A stretch of 64,000 nt of DNA from an uncultured Azospirillaceae bacterium (GTDB lineage Bacteria > Pseudomonadota > Alphaproteobacteria > RF32 > CAG-239): assembly GCA_964655915.1 (NCBI GenBank), contig CAZZNV010000001.1, positions 102,250 to 166,249 of the forward strand, written 5' to 3'. Shown here piece by piece: positions 21,007 through 30,575 of this stretch. Under the pieces are notes generated by a model. That model was not told where the DNA came from. It saw only the letters and a program-made list of their open reading frames with translations, and ran no database searches. The position numbers and the translations under genes were made by a program. Within the stretch, counting starts at the first letter, position 1; every line of letters begins with the position of its first letter.

Positions 21007-22467
21007 GTGCTTTTTTATATTTGTAAATGGTTTGAACAAAATATGCATAAACAAATTGTAGCATTTTTAGCAAGTGAAAGCGTTTTCAGTTCCGTTTCCA
21101 GTTCTCTTGATGAACTGGTTAACATTGTCGGTAACTATCTTTCCGATGCTAACGGTTTACGCATACTCTCTTTCGGGCTTATAATCTTCGCTATATTGCT
21201 GTTTTTGGTTGTTATTGCAATCGTCTATGTTAAATCTATTGTCGCCTTTGTAAAAAACGAAAACAGACCCTCCGAAGATGACTATGACGACAGTTTTGAT
21301 GATGACGAGGATAATGATAGCGACGAAGGTGACGCCCTGTTTGAAGATTCAACAGAGCAACGGAATCGTTCTATTGAAGAACGGGAAAGAGAAAGAGAGC
21401 TTGAAAAGGAATTACAAAAAGAACTAGAAATTGCTATGGCGGAAAAAGAGATGTTTGCCATGGCTGAGATGCGTCGCGCTAATGAGGAAGAAAAAAAACG
21501 CAAAAAAGAAGAACAGGAAGAGGAAGAAAAAAGTCTTTCACAGGCAGCAGCGACTAAAAAAACAGAAGCGGTAATAGATCTTGACTGGGCAAAAGGTAAA
21601 AGCAGAAAACAAGAAGTATTGTCATCACCTCTTGATAGCGACCTTTTGTCTTATAAGCAAGCTCATAAAAAACTGATCGATTTAACAGGTCTTATTATCG
21701 ACATGATCGGCCGTGGTGTAGACGACCTTAAAATTGCGCAAACCGTTATGTTTCGCACTCAAGGATCTTATAGCGAAGATGATGTTTTGCAGCTGATAGA
21801 GTCAATAAAAGACTTCATAAACTTATGTATTTACGGAAATTTTGAAAAAATAGCTCAATATGTTTCTATTCCTAAGGAAGAAGATGCTCTTTATCATTTG
21901 GCTCAGGGTGACCCTTCTTTAGCATTGGCCATGATTGAGGCTCTTATGGACTATAATATTGACCGGAGCAACATGGTTTCTGCCTCTAAAAAAGAAGACC
22001 TTTTCAAAGACATTTCAAATCAAGCCAGTATTTTTGGGACAATGGCATCTATTAACGATGTTCGCTTGGCAACCAGCGCTTTTGAAATGGCCATTGAACT
22101 AAACCCCAACAATATTAACGCGTGGAGTCGGTTGGGCGACATGTTTGCTCTGGCTGAGACAAATAACAAAGCCATTTGGGCTTATCAAAATGTTTTGAAT
22201 CAGGCTGATGAAGATATTTATGCCCGACAAGTTGCCAACGCCAATAAAAAGATGTCGCAATATCTTTATGACCAAGGCAACAGTTTGCAAGCGGCAAAGC
22301 TCTACAACAGCAGTAAGCAATACTATGATGCTTTGGGAATAAACCGCCAGCTTGACAAACAGGAAATGGACATCATTGAGATTATCGAATCTCGCCAAAG
22401 TGAAGACATTAAGCAGACAATTTTAACCATTCTCCAACAGAAAAACTCTGCCGTTTATAATTTTTAG
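21007..22467 (+). CDS. Hypothetical single-pass membrane protein with acidic coiled-coil region and C-terminal TPR-like module; probable start MHKQIV ~21043
   Basis: 486 aa with one TM (~aa 45-70), a DE/KE-rich low-complexity segment and a C-terminal TPR-like repeat (AIELNPNNINAWSRLGDMFALAETNNKAIWAYQNVL). Confidence 0.5.
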   Translation: MLFYICKWFEQNMHKQIVAFLASESVFSSVSSSLDELVNIVGNYLSDANGLRILSFGLIIFAILLFLVVIAIVYVKSIVAFVKNENRPSEDDYDDSFDDDEDNDSDEGDALFEDSTEQRNRSIEERERERELEKELQKELEIAMAEKEMFAMAEMRRANEEEKKRKKEEQEEEEKSLSQAAATKKTEAVIDLDWAKGKSRKQEVLSSPLDSDLLSYKQAHKKLIDLTGLIIDMIGRGVDDLKIAQTVMFRTQGSYSEDDVLQLIESIKDFINLCIYGNFEKIAQYVSIPKEEDALYHLAQGDPSLALAMIEALMDYNIDRSNMVSASKKEDLFKDISNQASIFGTMASINDVRLATSAFEMAIELNPNNINAWSRLGDMFALAETNNKAIWAYQNVLNQADEDIYARQVANANKKMSQYLYDQGNSLQAAKLYNSSKQYYDALGINRQLDKQEMDIIEIIESRQSEDIKQTILTILQQKNSAVYNF

Positions 22468-22468
22468 G

Positions 22469-23149
22469 CTATCTGTTTTTGGGAAGGCTGACGTCAGGAG
22501 CACGCAGATACAAGGGCTTGGGGAAGTCTAAATGTTTATCCTTAAGGCGGGTAAGCCCCGCTTCAGCCAAGAAATCAACCGACAACGCGGAAGGCATTTT
22601 TACAGAATGCAACCTCAATCCGCTCGGGCGACTCAAAAAACGCTCAACCCCATCTCCGATTAGTGAAACTTTTTTGTGTTTGTGCGTGAGAATCGTCTTT
22701 ATGTCATCATACGTGGCGGCTGTGGGTTGGATTTGCGCCGTCAGTTTTTGATCAAACAGTTGAACATAAAAGTCGTCACGTTTGGTTTCTATAATCACCG
22801 CATTTAATTCAGCCAACTCATCTGCAGAAAAACTCAATACATAAGCCTCAAAAGCCGATACTCCACAAACTTTTAAATCTTCGTTGGCAATGGAAAATGC
22901 TCTGGCGGCGGCAATTCCCGCGCGCACTCCGGTAAAGGATCCAGGACCCGTACAAACAGTCAGCAAGTCGATATCTTTGAAATTAAGTTTTGCTTCTTCA
23001 AGCATGTTTTTCATCTGCGGAATGAGGACTTCTGCCTGACCGAAATCCATATATTCCGAATAACGACTTATGCTCTTGCCATCTTTTTGCAAAAGTAAAG
23101 CACACTGAGCCGCTGTTGTGTCATAAGTTAAACTGTACATCTTTTCCAC
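22469..23149 (-). CDS. tsaB: tRNA threonylcarbamoyladenosine biosynthesis protein TsaB (YeaZ)
   Basis: 226 aa with the TsaB core …LLTVCTGPGSFTGVRAGIAAARAF… Its stop codon abuts the stop of the convergent upstream gene. Confidence 0.85.
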   Translation of the reverse strand: MEKMYSLTYDTTAAQCALLLQKDGKSISRYSEYMDFGQAEVLIPQMKNMLEEAKLNFKDIDLLTVCTGPGSFTGVRAGIAAARAFSIANEDLKVCGVSAFEAYVLSFSADELAELNAVIIETKRDDFYVQLFDQKLTAQIQPTAATYDDIKTILTHKHKKVSLIGDGVERFLSRPSGLRLHSVKMPSALSVDFLAEAGLTRLKDKHLDFPKPLYLRAPDVSLPKNR

Positions 23150-23228
23150 TTGCTAAAAAATTCGGTTTGATTAATGCTTTTTATATACTAAAATCCGGAA
23201 AGAAACAATAATTTTTGCATATTTTGAA

Positions 23229-24902
23229 ATGATGTTGTTTAACGAAGACCTCTTAATTGACATGTATTACGCAGCACCCGAGCTTTGGTTTTGTGTCGGG
23301 GGTGTTTTTATCGTTTTAACTTCCTTGCTTTTTTGGCAGTTTTTTAGGCTTTTGCATCTTAAACGCGTGAACTATTTTCTTAACCGTGACCGTGAGCGAT
23401 ATGCCGAAACCCTTTACGCTTCCAGAGATGGTTATTTTGCTTTTATTTACCCTGATCAAAAAGTCAATGACCCAAGGAAAAACATTGTTGAAAGATGTTC
23501 GCGTCGTCTGGCTGTTATGTTAAATCTTCCTGATGGAACAAAATCCGGTTTTGAAGATATTTTAAAAAACTTTTATAAAGACGATATAAAAAAAATAGTG
23601 AAGTATGTAAATCTGTTGCATGAGGACGGGGTTTCTTTTGATGATGAATTTATATTGAAAACCGACAGCCGTTATTTAAGACTTTCCGGTGCAAGAATAA
23701 GCGGAAGTGACGGCAATATTTACTGCGATATGATTTGGTTTCGGGATATTAATTTTGAAACGAATAAAATTGTTCGTCTGGAACAAGAAAAAGAAAAAAC
23801 ATCTGAAAAGCTCAGACAAATGGAAGATATGATTGACAACATACCCTTCCCTGTTTGGCTCAGAGATGACAAGCTGAATCTCACTGCTTTTAATAAAAAA
23901 TACGAAGAGTTTTTGGAAAAAAAGAATCCTGAAATCGCCGCTAATGAAATAACCAATGCCAGCGGCGAGAATATTTCTCATGAATTAGCCAGAATCGCAC
24001 ATACCACAAACAAAGTGAAAAAAAGCGTTGTTAATGTGGTTAAAGGAGGACAACGTCTTGTCATGGAGGCGATTGAAACGCCCTTCCATGTTGATTTGGA
24101 AACAATTTGCACGGCCGGCGCTTTGATTGATATTAGTGAGCTTGATGACTTAAAAAGAAATCTGAAACAACATCAAAACGCTCAATTAGAAATATGGGGA
24201 TCTTTAGGAACGGCTTTTGCCGTTTTTGACCAGCATTTGAAATTGGCTTTTTATAATCAAGCCTTTGCCCGTCTTTGGAATTTAGACGCTTCTTGGCTGG
24301 AAAGCAGCCCTAACTATTCGTTATTCTTAGACGCCTTGCGTGAAAAAAGATTATTGCCGGAAGTTCCCGATTTTAAAGTTTTTAAAGGCTCTGAACAGCA
24401 AGACTTTTCAAAAATTATTGAGCCTAAAGAAGATATGCTTCATCTTCCCAACGGGAAAACACTGCGAAGAGTTCGCGCCCCTCACCACATGGGCGGATTG
24501 ATTTTTGCTTATGAAGATATTTCCGATAAATTGGCCGCCACCAGCGCCTATAATGCCTTATTATCCGTACAAAAGGAAATTTTGGACAATTTGTTTGACG
24601 CTGTCGTGGTTTTCGGATCTGATAACAGGTTGAAATTTTACAATCAGGCCTATGTTAAGCTATGGACAGGGAATCGGCGATTTTTGGAAAACGAACCGAC
24701 TCTGAATGAGCTTTTGGAATCGCAAAAACAGTTTTTCAGCCATGATAACAATTGGACTGTCTTAAAACAGGATATTCTGGTACATCTGTTGGATATGACA
24801 ACAAAAACTTTTGTTCTAAACCGGAATGAGATTGACGATATAGAAGTAACCTCTGTTAACCTTTCCGATGGCTCTCTTATGATTGCTTACAAAAAGCTTT
24901 GA
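23229..24902 (+). CDS. Membrane-anchored multi-PAS-domain protein without recognisable output (kinase/GGDEF) domain
   Basis: 557 aa with one N-terminal TM followed by 2-3 PAS-like modules. No H-box or ATPase motifs. The ORF ends before the next gene. Confidence 0.55.
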   Translation: MMLFNEDLLIDMYYAAPELWFCVGGVFIVLTSLLFWQFFRLLHLKRVNYFLNRDRERYAETLYASRDGYFAFIYPDQKVNDPRKNIVERCSRRLAVMLNLPDGTKSGFEDILKNFYKDDIKKIVKYVNLLHEDGVSFDDEFILKTDSRYLRLSGARISGSDGNIYCDMIWFRDINFETNKIVRLEQEKEKTSEKLRQMEDMIDNIPFPVWLRDDKLNLTAFNKKYEEFLEKKNPEIAANEITNASGENISHELARIAHTTNKVKKSVVNVVKGGQRLVMEAIETPFHVDLETICTAGALIDISELDDLKRNLKQHQNAQLEIWGSLGTAFAVFDQHLKLAFYNQAFARLWNLDASWLESSPNYSLFLDALREKRLLPEVPDFKVFKGSEQQDFSKIIEPKEDMLHLPNGKTLRRVRAPHHMGGLIFAYEDISDKLAATSAYNALLSVQKEILDNLFDAVVVFGSDNRLKFYNQAYVKLWTGNRRFLENEPTLNELLESQKQFFSHDNNWTVLKQDILVHLLDMTTKTFVLNRNEIDDIEVTSVNLSDGSLMIAYKKL

Positions 24903-24976
24903 CGGGGTTTTAATTGACAACTGGAGCTTTTTGTGTCAACATTGAAACAGTTATTCGTTGATAAGAAGAGAACAAA

Positions 24977-25792
24977 ATGAGCGACGAAACATCTAATCCG
25001 AACATTGAATGGAAGAAAAATAAGGGATTTGGCAACAAAGATCGTTTGACTCGCAAAATTGATCCCCAAAAAGCTCTTCAACAAGAAGCTCTTGAAAAGA
25101 AATCCGTTGCCAAGACTTTTAGCGCAAAACCGACTGAGTTGCCTAAAAACCTGAAGAAAATTCGAAAAAAAATTCGCGACATTTACGATGATGAGGAAGA
25201 GGACGAAAACGACTACCTTATTGCTCCGCTTGATTTGAGCAACTCTTTGATGGAAGCTTTGCACGAAGATGAGAAGCTTCAGCTTATGCAGAAGAGAACG
25301 ACAAATCATCAAAACATGCAACAGCAAGCCGGAAAGGCGGCGGCTTTACTGGAAGCTGACAAGGTTGCTAAAAGCTTTGGTCTTAAAGGTTTGGATAAAA
25401 AAATAGTAAACGACCACATGTTGAATGCCGTTCAGAGCACTTATACTTTTGAGTTTGCCATAAAGGAAGATGTTGCGAAAAAATCTAAGATAGCAACAAA
25501 AAAACTTTCGGAGGGCGAAACGATTGACCTTTTGCGCGGAATAAAAAGGATTCAGGCGCTGTCCGCGGCGGCAGATGAAAAACAACTAAAAGCTATTGAA
25601 GGTTGGAAATTGTCAGAAATTGTAGATGCCGGAAAAACATCTGCCAATGATAAAGAAATTGCGGAAAAAATATTAGAAAAATCAGGACGCAAAAAAGATA
25701 AAAAAACCATCAACAAAATGGTTCAAAAGAAAAGCAAAACGAAAGATAAGGCCTCAGACGTCAATGTACAAAGGGACTTTTTTCGAGACTAG
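24977..25792 (+). CDS. Lys/Glu-rich hypothetical protein
   Basis: 271-aa ORF, highly charged, no TM or signal peptide and no identifiable motif. Confidence 0.45.
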   Translation: MSDETSNPNIEWKKNKGFGNKDRLTRKIDPQKALQQEALEKKSVAKTFSAKPTELPKNLKKIRKKIRDIYDDEEEDENDYLIAPLDLSNSLMEALHEDEKLQLMQKRTTNHQNMQQQAGKAAALLEADKVAKSFGLKGLDKKIVNDHMLNAVQSTYTFEFAIKEDVAKKSKIATKKLSEGETIDLLRGIKRIQALSAAADEKQLKAIEGWKLSEIVDAGKTSANDKEIAEKILEKSGRKKDKKTINKMVQKKSKTKDKASDVNVQRDFFRD

Positions 25793-26331
25793 CCTTTTGA
25801 CAACTTCTGCATAAGGCATTTGTAGGCGTTTCCTAACTGCTTAAATTTTTCTTCCGCTTCGGCATCACCTCTGTTGACGTCGGGATGGTATTTTTTTACA
25901 AGTTTTTTGTATTGCTTCTTCAGCAATTCCATGGTTAAGCCGTCAGCATTCAGTTCCATGATTTTTAAGCTTTTAAGCTCTTCAGCGTTAAACCTGTTTT
26001 CTGCCGAAGAATATTCCGTCCCATAATCAAAGAAATCAAAATTTCCGTAAAAATCAAAACCAAAGTTATATTTAACATCGGCGCTAAATCGAAAATGATG
26101 TTTTTTTTCATTTCCGACATCCTCCTCCGCATCCATACCATCGTAGTAGTTCCAACGCGCGTTGTATTCCTGAACATGTTTCAGGCAGAACCAGTAATAA
26201 TCTTTCAGATTTCTGTTTTTGGGAGCGCGAAACTCCCCTTTTTCCTGACAACCGGGAAAATCACAGGTATGGTGCACCCCTTCGTTTTGGGGGGCGTAAT
26301 ATTTACTCTTTCGTCTAACGGACTTGACCAT
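25789..26331 (-). CDS. J-domain (DnaJ-like) protein with N-terminal Cys/His zinc-ribbon-like region
   Basis: 180 aa with a C-terminal J domain (…[38 protein letters not shown]…, HPD motif) and N-terminal CDFPGC…C..H. Confidence 0.75.
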   Translation of the reverse strand: MVKSVRRKSKYYAPQNEGVHHTCDFPGCQEKGEFRAPKNRNLKDYYWFCLKHVQEYNARWNYYDGMDAEEDVGNEKKHHFRFSADVKYNFGFDFYGNFDFFDYGTEYSSAENRFNAEELKSLKIMELNADGLTMELLKKQYKKLVKKYHPDVNRGDAEAEEKFKQLGNAYKCLMQKLSKG

Positions 26332-26396
26332 GTCTTTCTCGAAAATTTACGAAACTTTTTGAGTATACACGTTTTGCACTTTAGAGCAATGCATTT

Positions 26397-27506
26397 CTAA
26401 AAAAACAAGATTAATATCATAAATATCAGAAGCAACGGAAGCCAGTAAAATATGGATGACTTTGCAAACATTTTTTCATTTTTCAGTTTTGGCGGCTGTA
26501 AAAGTTTGGAAAGCGAATCCATATCCGGAGCCGGAACATGGGTTTGCGGCTGTAAGACCATACCGTGTTTGGATAAAAGTTCCATAGATAGTCCCTCTGA
26601 AGATGAAGAAGCCGAAATATTTAACGGATTTTTTGATATATTATCCAACAAAAACATATCTATATCCAGATGCGGACAATACAGACGCAGTGTTTCAACA
26701 CTTCGACGCAATTTTTCTTCCGCTAAATTTTGCGGAACGGCTTTGTTTTGGATATACTCTTTCAGATACAGACGCAATGAAGAATCGACTGAATATAAAT
26801 AATCAAAATCAACAAAATTTACTTTATTGTTTTCATCAACAGCTACGCCGGAGTAATTGGCAACAAATACCGACTTTTCAAAAAAAAGAAACGCGTACAA
26901 TTTGGCCAGATTCTCTTCCGCCTCTTGAGATAAAATTTGAGTAAAGGTTAGTGGAGATAATATATCCAGATACAATTCCGGTTTATCCGTCAAGCTCCAA
27001 TCCACTGCAACGGGACAAGCCTCCGGACAAAGTGCCGTATATTCTCCCAATCTTTCCAATTCTGCTCCGTAAAAGCGCATGTCTTTTTGCAAACCAACCA
27101 CCGTGAAAAAATTTGATTTTGCAGAAGCTAAAGACGGATATTCCGAAGTAATTTCATTCCATACGAATGAGAAAAAAGAATCGTCTTTTTCAGAAACCGC
27201 TTTCTTGAAGGATCGTCCTTCCTCCAGCAATCGCTCATCTTGAGTTTGCAAATAATAAAATTCATCATGTAAAACGACTCGTGCTCCGGCCAGCTCGTTA
27301 AATAAGTGGGGCAACAGAGGGCTTTTTTCCTGCTTGATAAGTTCCTGAATTCTTTGAATCGGGGGCAGTTCGTTTTTTACGATATACCAACGCGCCAGTT
27401 TATTCACAGCAGAAAAGCTTTTTAGTTTCTCGAGCACGAACAGACAATCTTGTTTTGCAAGCTTTGCCGCTAAATTTAACTTATTAAAAAATTGTAAAAT
27501 ATTCAT
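26397..27506 (-). CDS. Hypothetical protein with C-terminal tail anchor (TM at extreme C-terminus)
   Basis: 369 aa, soluble-type sequence ending …SSIFYWLPLLLIFMILILFF. Confidence 0.45.
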   Translation of the reverse strand: MNILQFFNKLNLAAKLAKQDCLFVLEKLKSFSAVNKLARWYIVKNELPPIQRIQELIKQEKSPLLPHLFNELAGARVVLHDEFYYLQTQDERLLEEGRSFKKAVSEKDDSFFSFVWNEITSEYPSLASAKSNFFTVVGLQKDMRFYGAELERLGEYTALCPEACPVAVDWSLTDKPELYLDILSPLTFTQILSQEAEENLAKLYAFLFFEKSVFVANYSGVAVDENNKVNFVDFDYLYSVDSSLRLYLKEYIQNKAVPQNLAEEKLRRSVETLRLYCPHLDIDMFLLDNISKNPLNISASSSSEGLSMELLSKHGMVLQPQTHVPAPDMDSLSKLLQPPKLKNEKMFAKSSIFYWLPLLLIFMILILFF

Positions 27507-27537
27507 TTTTATCTATACTCGTTGGTAGTGAGAATCT

Positions 27538-28389
27538 GTGGAGGAAAAAATGCCCGAACTTCCTGAAGTTGAAACAATCAAAACCGCCATCTCCCATTCT
27601 ATCGGAAAATGTGTTATTAAAGACTTAATCATCCGAAACGGACACTTGCGGCAGCAAGTGCCTGATGATATGCCTCAGAAAATTATCGGTGCCAAAATCT
27701 CGGATTATACAAGAATCGCCAAATATATTGTTATTAAACTGGATAACGGACTAAGTATTGTTTGGCATTTGGGTATGAGCGGCAAAGTAAAAATCAGCAA
27801 TCAAAAACCGAATCCTCCGGAAAAACATGACCACATCTTAATGCAGACGGAAAACGGGTGGCTGATTTTTAATGATGCTCGTCGTTTTGGCTTGTTTTGC
27901 TTGTGGGAATCGGACAAAATCTTCAGTAGTCCTTGGTTTGGTAAAATCGGCATGGATCCTTTTGATAAACAACTGACCGCAACATATCTTTTTGAAAAAC
28001 TGCAAAAAAGAAAAACACCTATCAAAGTTGTCTTGCTTGACCAAGAAATTATCACCGGAATCGGAAATATTTATGCTTCCGAAAGTCTTTTTCGAGCTCA
28101 TATTTCCCCTGAACGCTCCGCCGACAAAATCACGCACAAAGAATGCCAAACAATTATCGAATCCGTCAGAGAGGTTTTAAAACAAGCTATTGAGGCCGGC
28201 GGCTCAACATTAAAAGATTATCAAAAACCTGACGGAAGTCTGGGGTATTTTCAAAATTTACATTGTGTTTATAATAAAATTGGGCAAAGATGTCCTTGTT
28301 GCAATTGTGATGTCGGTAAAACAGGCGGCATTAAGAAAATTGTCCAAGCGGGGCGTTCGACCTTTTATTGCCCGAGCAAACAACATTAG
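27538..28389 (+). CDS. mutM: Formamidopyrimidine-DNA glycosylase (Fpg/MutM); likely start ATG ~27550 (MPELPEVETI)
   Basis: N-terminal PELPEVE catalytic Pro and a C-terminal zinc finger CPCCNCDV…TFYCPSKQ. Confidence 0.9.
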   Translation: MEEKMPELPEVETIKTAISHSIGKCVIKDLIIRNGHLRQQVPDDMPQKIIGAKISDYTRIAKYIVIKLDNGLSIVWHLGMSGKVKISNQKPNPPEKHDHILMQTENGWLIFNDARRFGLFCLWESDKIFSSPWFGKIGMDPFDKQLTATYLFEKLQKRKTPIKVVLLDQEIITGIGNIYASESLFRAHISPERSADKITHKECQTIIESVREVLKQAIEAGGSTLKDYQKPDGSLGYFQNLHCVYNKIGQRCPCCNCDVGKTGGIKKIVQAGRSTFYCPSKQH

Positions 28390-28399
28390 AGCCAAGATT

Positions 28400-28765
28400 A
28401 TGAAAAAACTATATATTTTGATATTGACCGCAATATGTTTTTTTAATTTTTCCTTCGCGCACGCTTCCTTCATCGAAGGGTTGGAAGATGTGCCTTTGCT
28501 GGATGGAATGAAACAACTTCCCAGTGATACGATTAGTTTTGGCAATGAGGAAAGCCGCTTGGTAGAGGTTTTGCTGACCAGCGATGTCCTATCTTTTAAA
28601 ACCGCCAGCACTTTTTACCAAAACACTATGCCTCAAATGGGGTGGATTTTTCAGGGAAAGCGCGGACAAACTCTGGTATTTGAACGTGAAGGTGAAGTTT
28701 TGGAGGTTGCTCATGAAGCCGATGGACCGCTTTTGGTTCGAATTACCGTTAAAAGCAAAATTTAG
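28400..28765 (+). CDS. Small secreted/periplasmic hypothetical protein
   Basis: 121 aa from ATG 28400 with a clear signal peptide MKKLYILILTAICFFNFSFAHA. The track ORF 28265-28765 overlaps fpg and probably over-extends the true gene at its 5' end. Confidence 0.5.
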   Translation: MKKLYILILTAICFFNFSFAHASFIEGLEDVPLLDGMKQLPSDTISFGNEESRLVEVLLTSDVLSFKTASTFYQNTMPQMGWIFQGKRGQTLVFEREGEVLEVAHEADGPLLVRITVKSKI

Positions 28766-28775
28766 GATATGAAAA

Positions 28776-29528
28776 ATGTCAAACGAATCTACAATTTCTG
28801 TTGAAACTATGGGCGCTATCGGTGTTATTACACTTAACCACCCCCAGACAATGAATGCACTAACCCTTGAAATGCTTAATGAGTTGGCTTGTCAGGTACA
28901 GACTTTTGATTATGACGAAAACATACGCTCTATTGTTATTCAGGGAACAGATCAGGCTTTTGCCGCCGGAATCGACCTGAAACAGCTCAGTGAAGAAATT
29001 TCTCAACAAAGTTTTGCGCTGGATTTGTGGCGGGAAGAGTTTGTTAAAATAGAAAACTGCACAAAACCGATTATCGCGGCTGTTGCCGGTTATGCTTTAG
29101 GAATCGGATGCGAACTAGCTCTTGCTTGTGATATTATCTTAGCTGCTGACAACGCTCGTTTCGGGCATCCGGAAATCAGTCTCGGGACTCTCCCCGGATT
29201 TGGAGCTTGCAGTAAGTTGACACACGCCATAGGACGAGCCAAAACGATGGAAACGATTTTGACAGGAAAAGGTTTGACCGCCGATGAGGCTGAGAGAAGC
29301 GGTTTGGTCAGTCGGATTGTTCCTTTGTCCGACCTCAAAGCCGAGGCCTTAAGAGTTGCAGACAGAATCGTCGCTCTGCCGCCGCAGGCCGTTATCCAAT
29401 GCAAGGACACTATTAAACAGGCCGCTAACATGACACTTCCCAACGCTATCAGTTTGGAGCAAAAAACAACTAAATTAACGCTGAATACACGTGAATTTTA
29501 CCAACAAATCGGAAAAATCGGCGGATAG
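28776..29528 (+). CDS. Enoyl-CoA hydratase/isomerase (crotonase) family protein
   Basis: 250 aa crotonase fold (…AAVAGYALGIGCELALACDIILAADNARFGHPEISLG…). Confidence 0.85.
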   Translation: MSNESTISVETMGAIGVITLNHPQTMNALTLEMLNELACQVQTFDYDENIRSIVIQGTDQAFAAGIDLKQLSEEISQQSFALDLWREEFVKIENCTKPIIAAVAGYALGIGCELALACDIILAADNARFGHPEISLGTLPGFGACSKLTHAIGRAKTMETILTGKGLTADEAERSGLVSRIVPLSDLKAEALRVADRIVALPPQAVIQCKDTIKQAANMTLPNAISLEQKTTKLTLNTREFYQQIGKIGG

Positions 29529-29641
29529 AGCCGATTTTTGACCTTTTTTATAAAATTATGTTGACTTTCAAGGCTTTTAGAGTTTATAAAGCATTACATT
29601 TAAAAATTTGGTATAACTTAGATTAAGAATGGAATTTAGAT

Positions 29642-29905
29642 ATGGCCAATCATAAATCGGCAAAAAATAGAATTATAAGAAACGACAAACGCAACGTTAT
29701 CAACGCTGCTCGCAGAAATCGTGTTCGCACTTTTGTAAAAAAGGTTGATGCTTTGATTAGTGCCGGCAACAAAGAAGCTGCCGCAGAGGCTTTCAAAGTT
29801 GCAGAATCTGAAATGATGTCTGCTGCCCGTAAAGGTATTTTCGCATTGAACAAAGCTTCTCGCACTGTTTCTCGCTTGTCAAAAAAGATTAAAGCTTTAG
29901 CCTAA
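29642..29905 (+). CDS. rpsT: 30S ribosomal protein S20
   Basis: 87 aa, MANHKSAKNRIIRNDKRNVINAARRNRVRTF…. Confidence 0.95.
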   Translation: MANHKSAKNRIIRNDKRNVINAARRNRVRTFVKKVDALISAGNKEAAAEAFKVAESEMMSAARKGIFALNKASRTVSRLSKKIKALA

Positions 29906-30137
29906 AAAACGGCTTAAAGTTTCTTTTTTTCAAAACACAAATTCTTTCGCCCTTTTTATTTATAAGGGTGTTTGGGTTTGTGTTTTTTTGTTGGGAAAAC
30001 AAGAGAATCTAAGCGACTCTGTAAAAAAGCTTTGTCAAGAAATTTAATTACAATGTTCTTGAAATGTTCTGTTGTATTTTTGTTTTTGTACCGTTACTAT
30101 CCGAATCACTTTCTGAGGGGTTGCCTAAAATTTAACG

Positions 30138-30217
30138 GGTGATTATCAGAGTGTTTGGTTGATAGACCAGCCGGTAATTATCAGAATGTTTGATTGGTAA
30201 ATTGTTGAAACATTCAG
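30138..30217. repeat. Two 29-bp direct repeats at a 35-bp period, each with a DnaA-box-like core (TTATCAGAG / TTATCAGAA). Plus an adjacent 10-bp inverted repeat and three TTGATAG copies in the dnaA upstream region.
   Basis: Unit 1 is GGTGATTATCAGAGTGTTTGGTTGATAGA (~30138-30166). Unit 2 is GGTAATTATCAGAATGTTTGATTGGTAAA (~30173-30201), with 24/29 identity and all mismatches G<->A. The inverted repeat is CAGAATGTTT/AAACATTCAG (~30182-30217). Confidence 0.45.
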
Positions 30218-30575
30218 TTGGTAAAACGGTTGGAGTTGGCTGATAAGACAGTCGGCAACGGCCAGATATTCGATTGATAGGAAAGCGTGATGAAACGCAA
30301 CTTCTCTTTAAGCGGCTTAACTGAGGCCTCCGCAGTTTATTGGGGAACGGTTTTGTTGATAGACATTTACTGTTTGATGTTGCGGAAGGTTTTCTGAAAA
30401 AGTTGTGGGGACAATTTTTTTGGGAAAAAGGTAAGCCTTTGATTTGGAAGGTTAACGCCGGAAGAATCGGATTGTCTGACATTTGACGAATTGTTCGCCG
30501 GAACAGGCTTTGGGCTTTAGTCGACCGAACAGGACGGATAATTAAGAGAACGGCAAGCTTGATTGCCTTATAATT

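Noticed and set aside
30132-30482. 116-aa minus-strand ORF in the dnaA upstream region
   Set aside because: It overlaps the repeat and DnaA-box-like region. The Pro/Ser/Arg-rich translation has no SD and is more plausibly a non-coding regulatory spacer.
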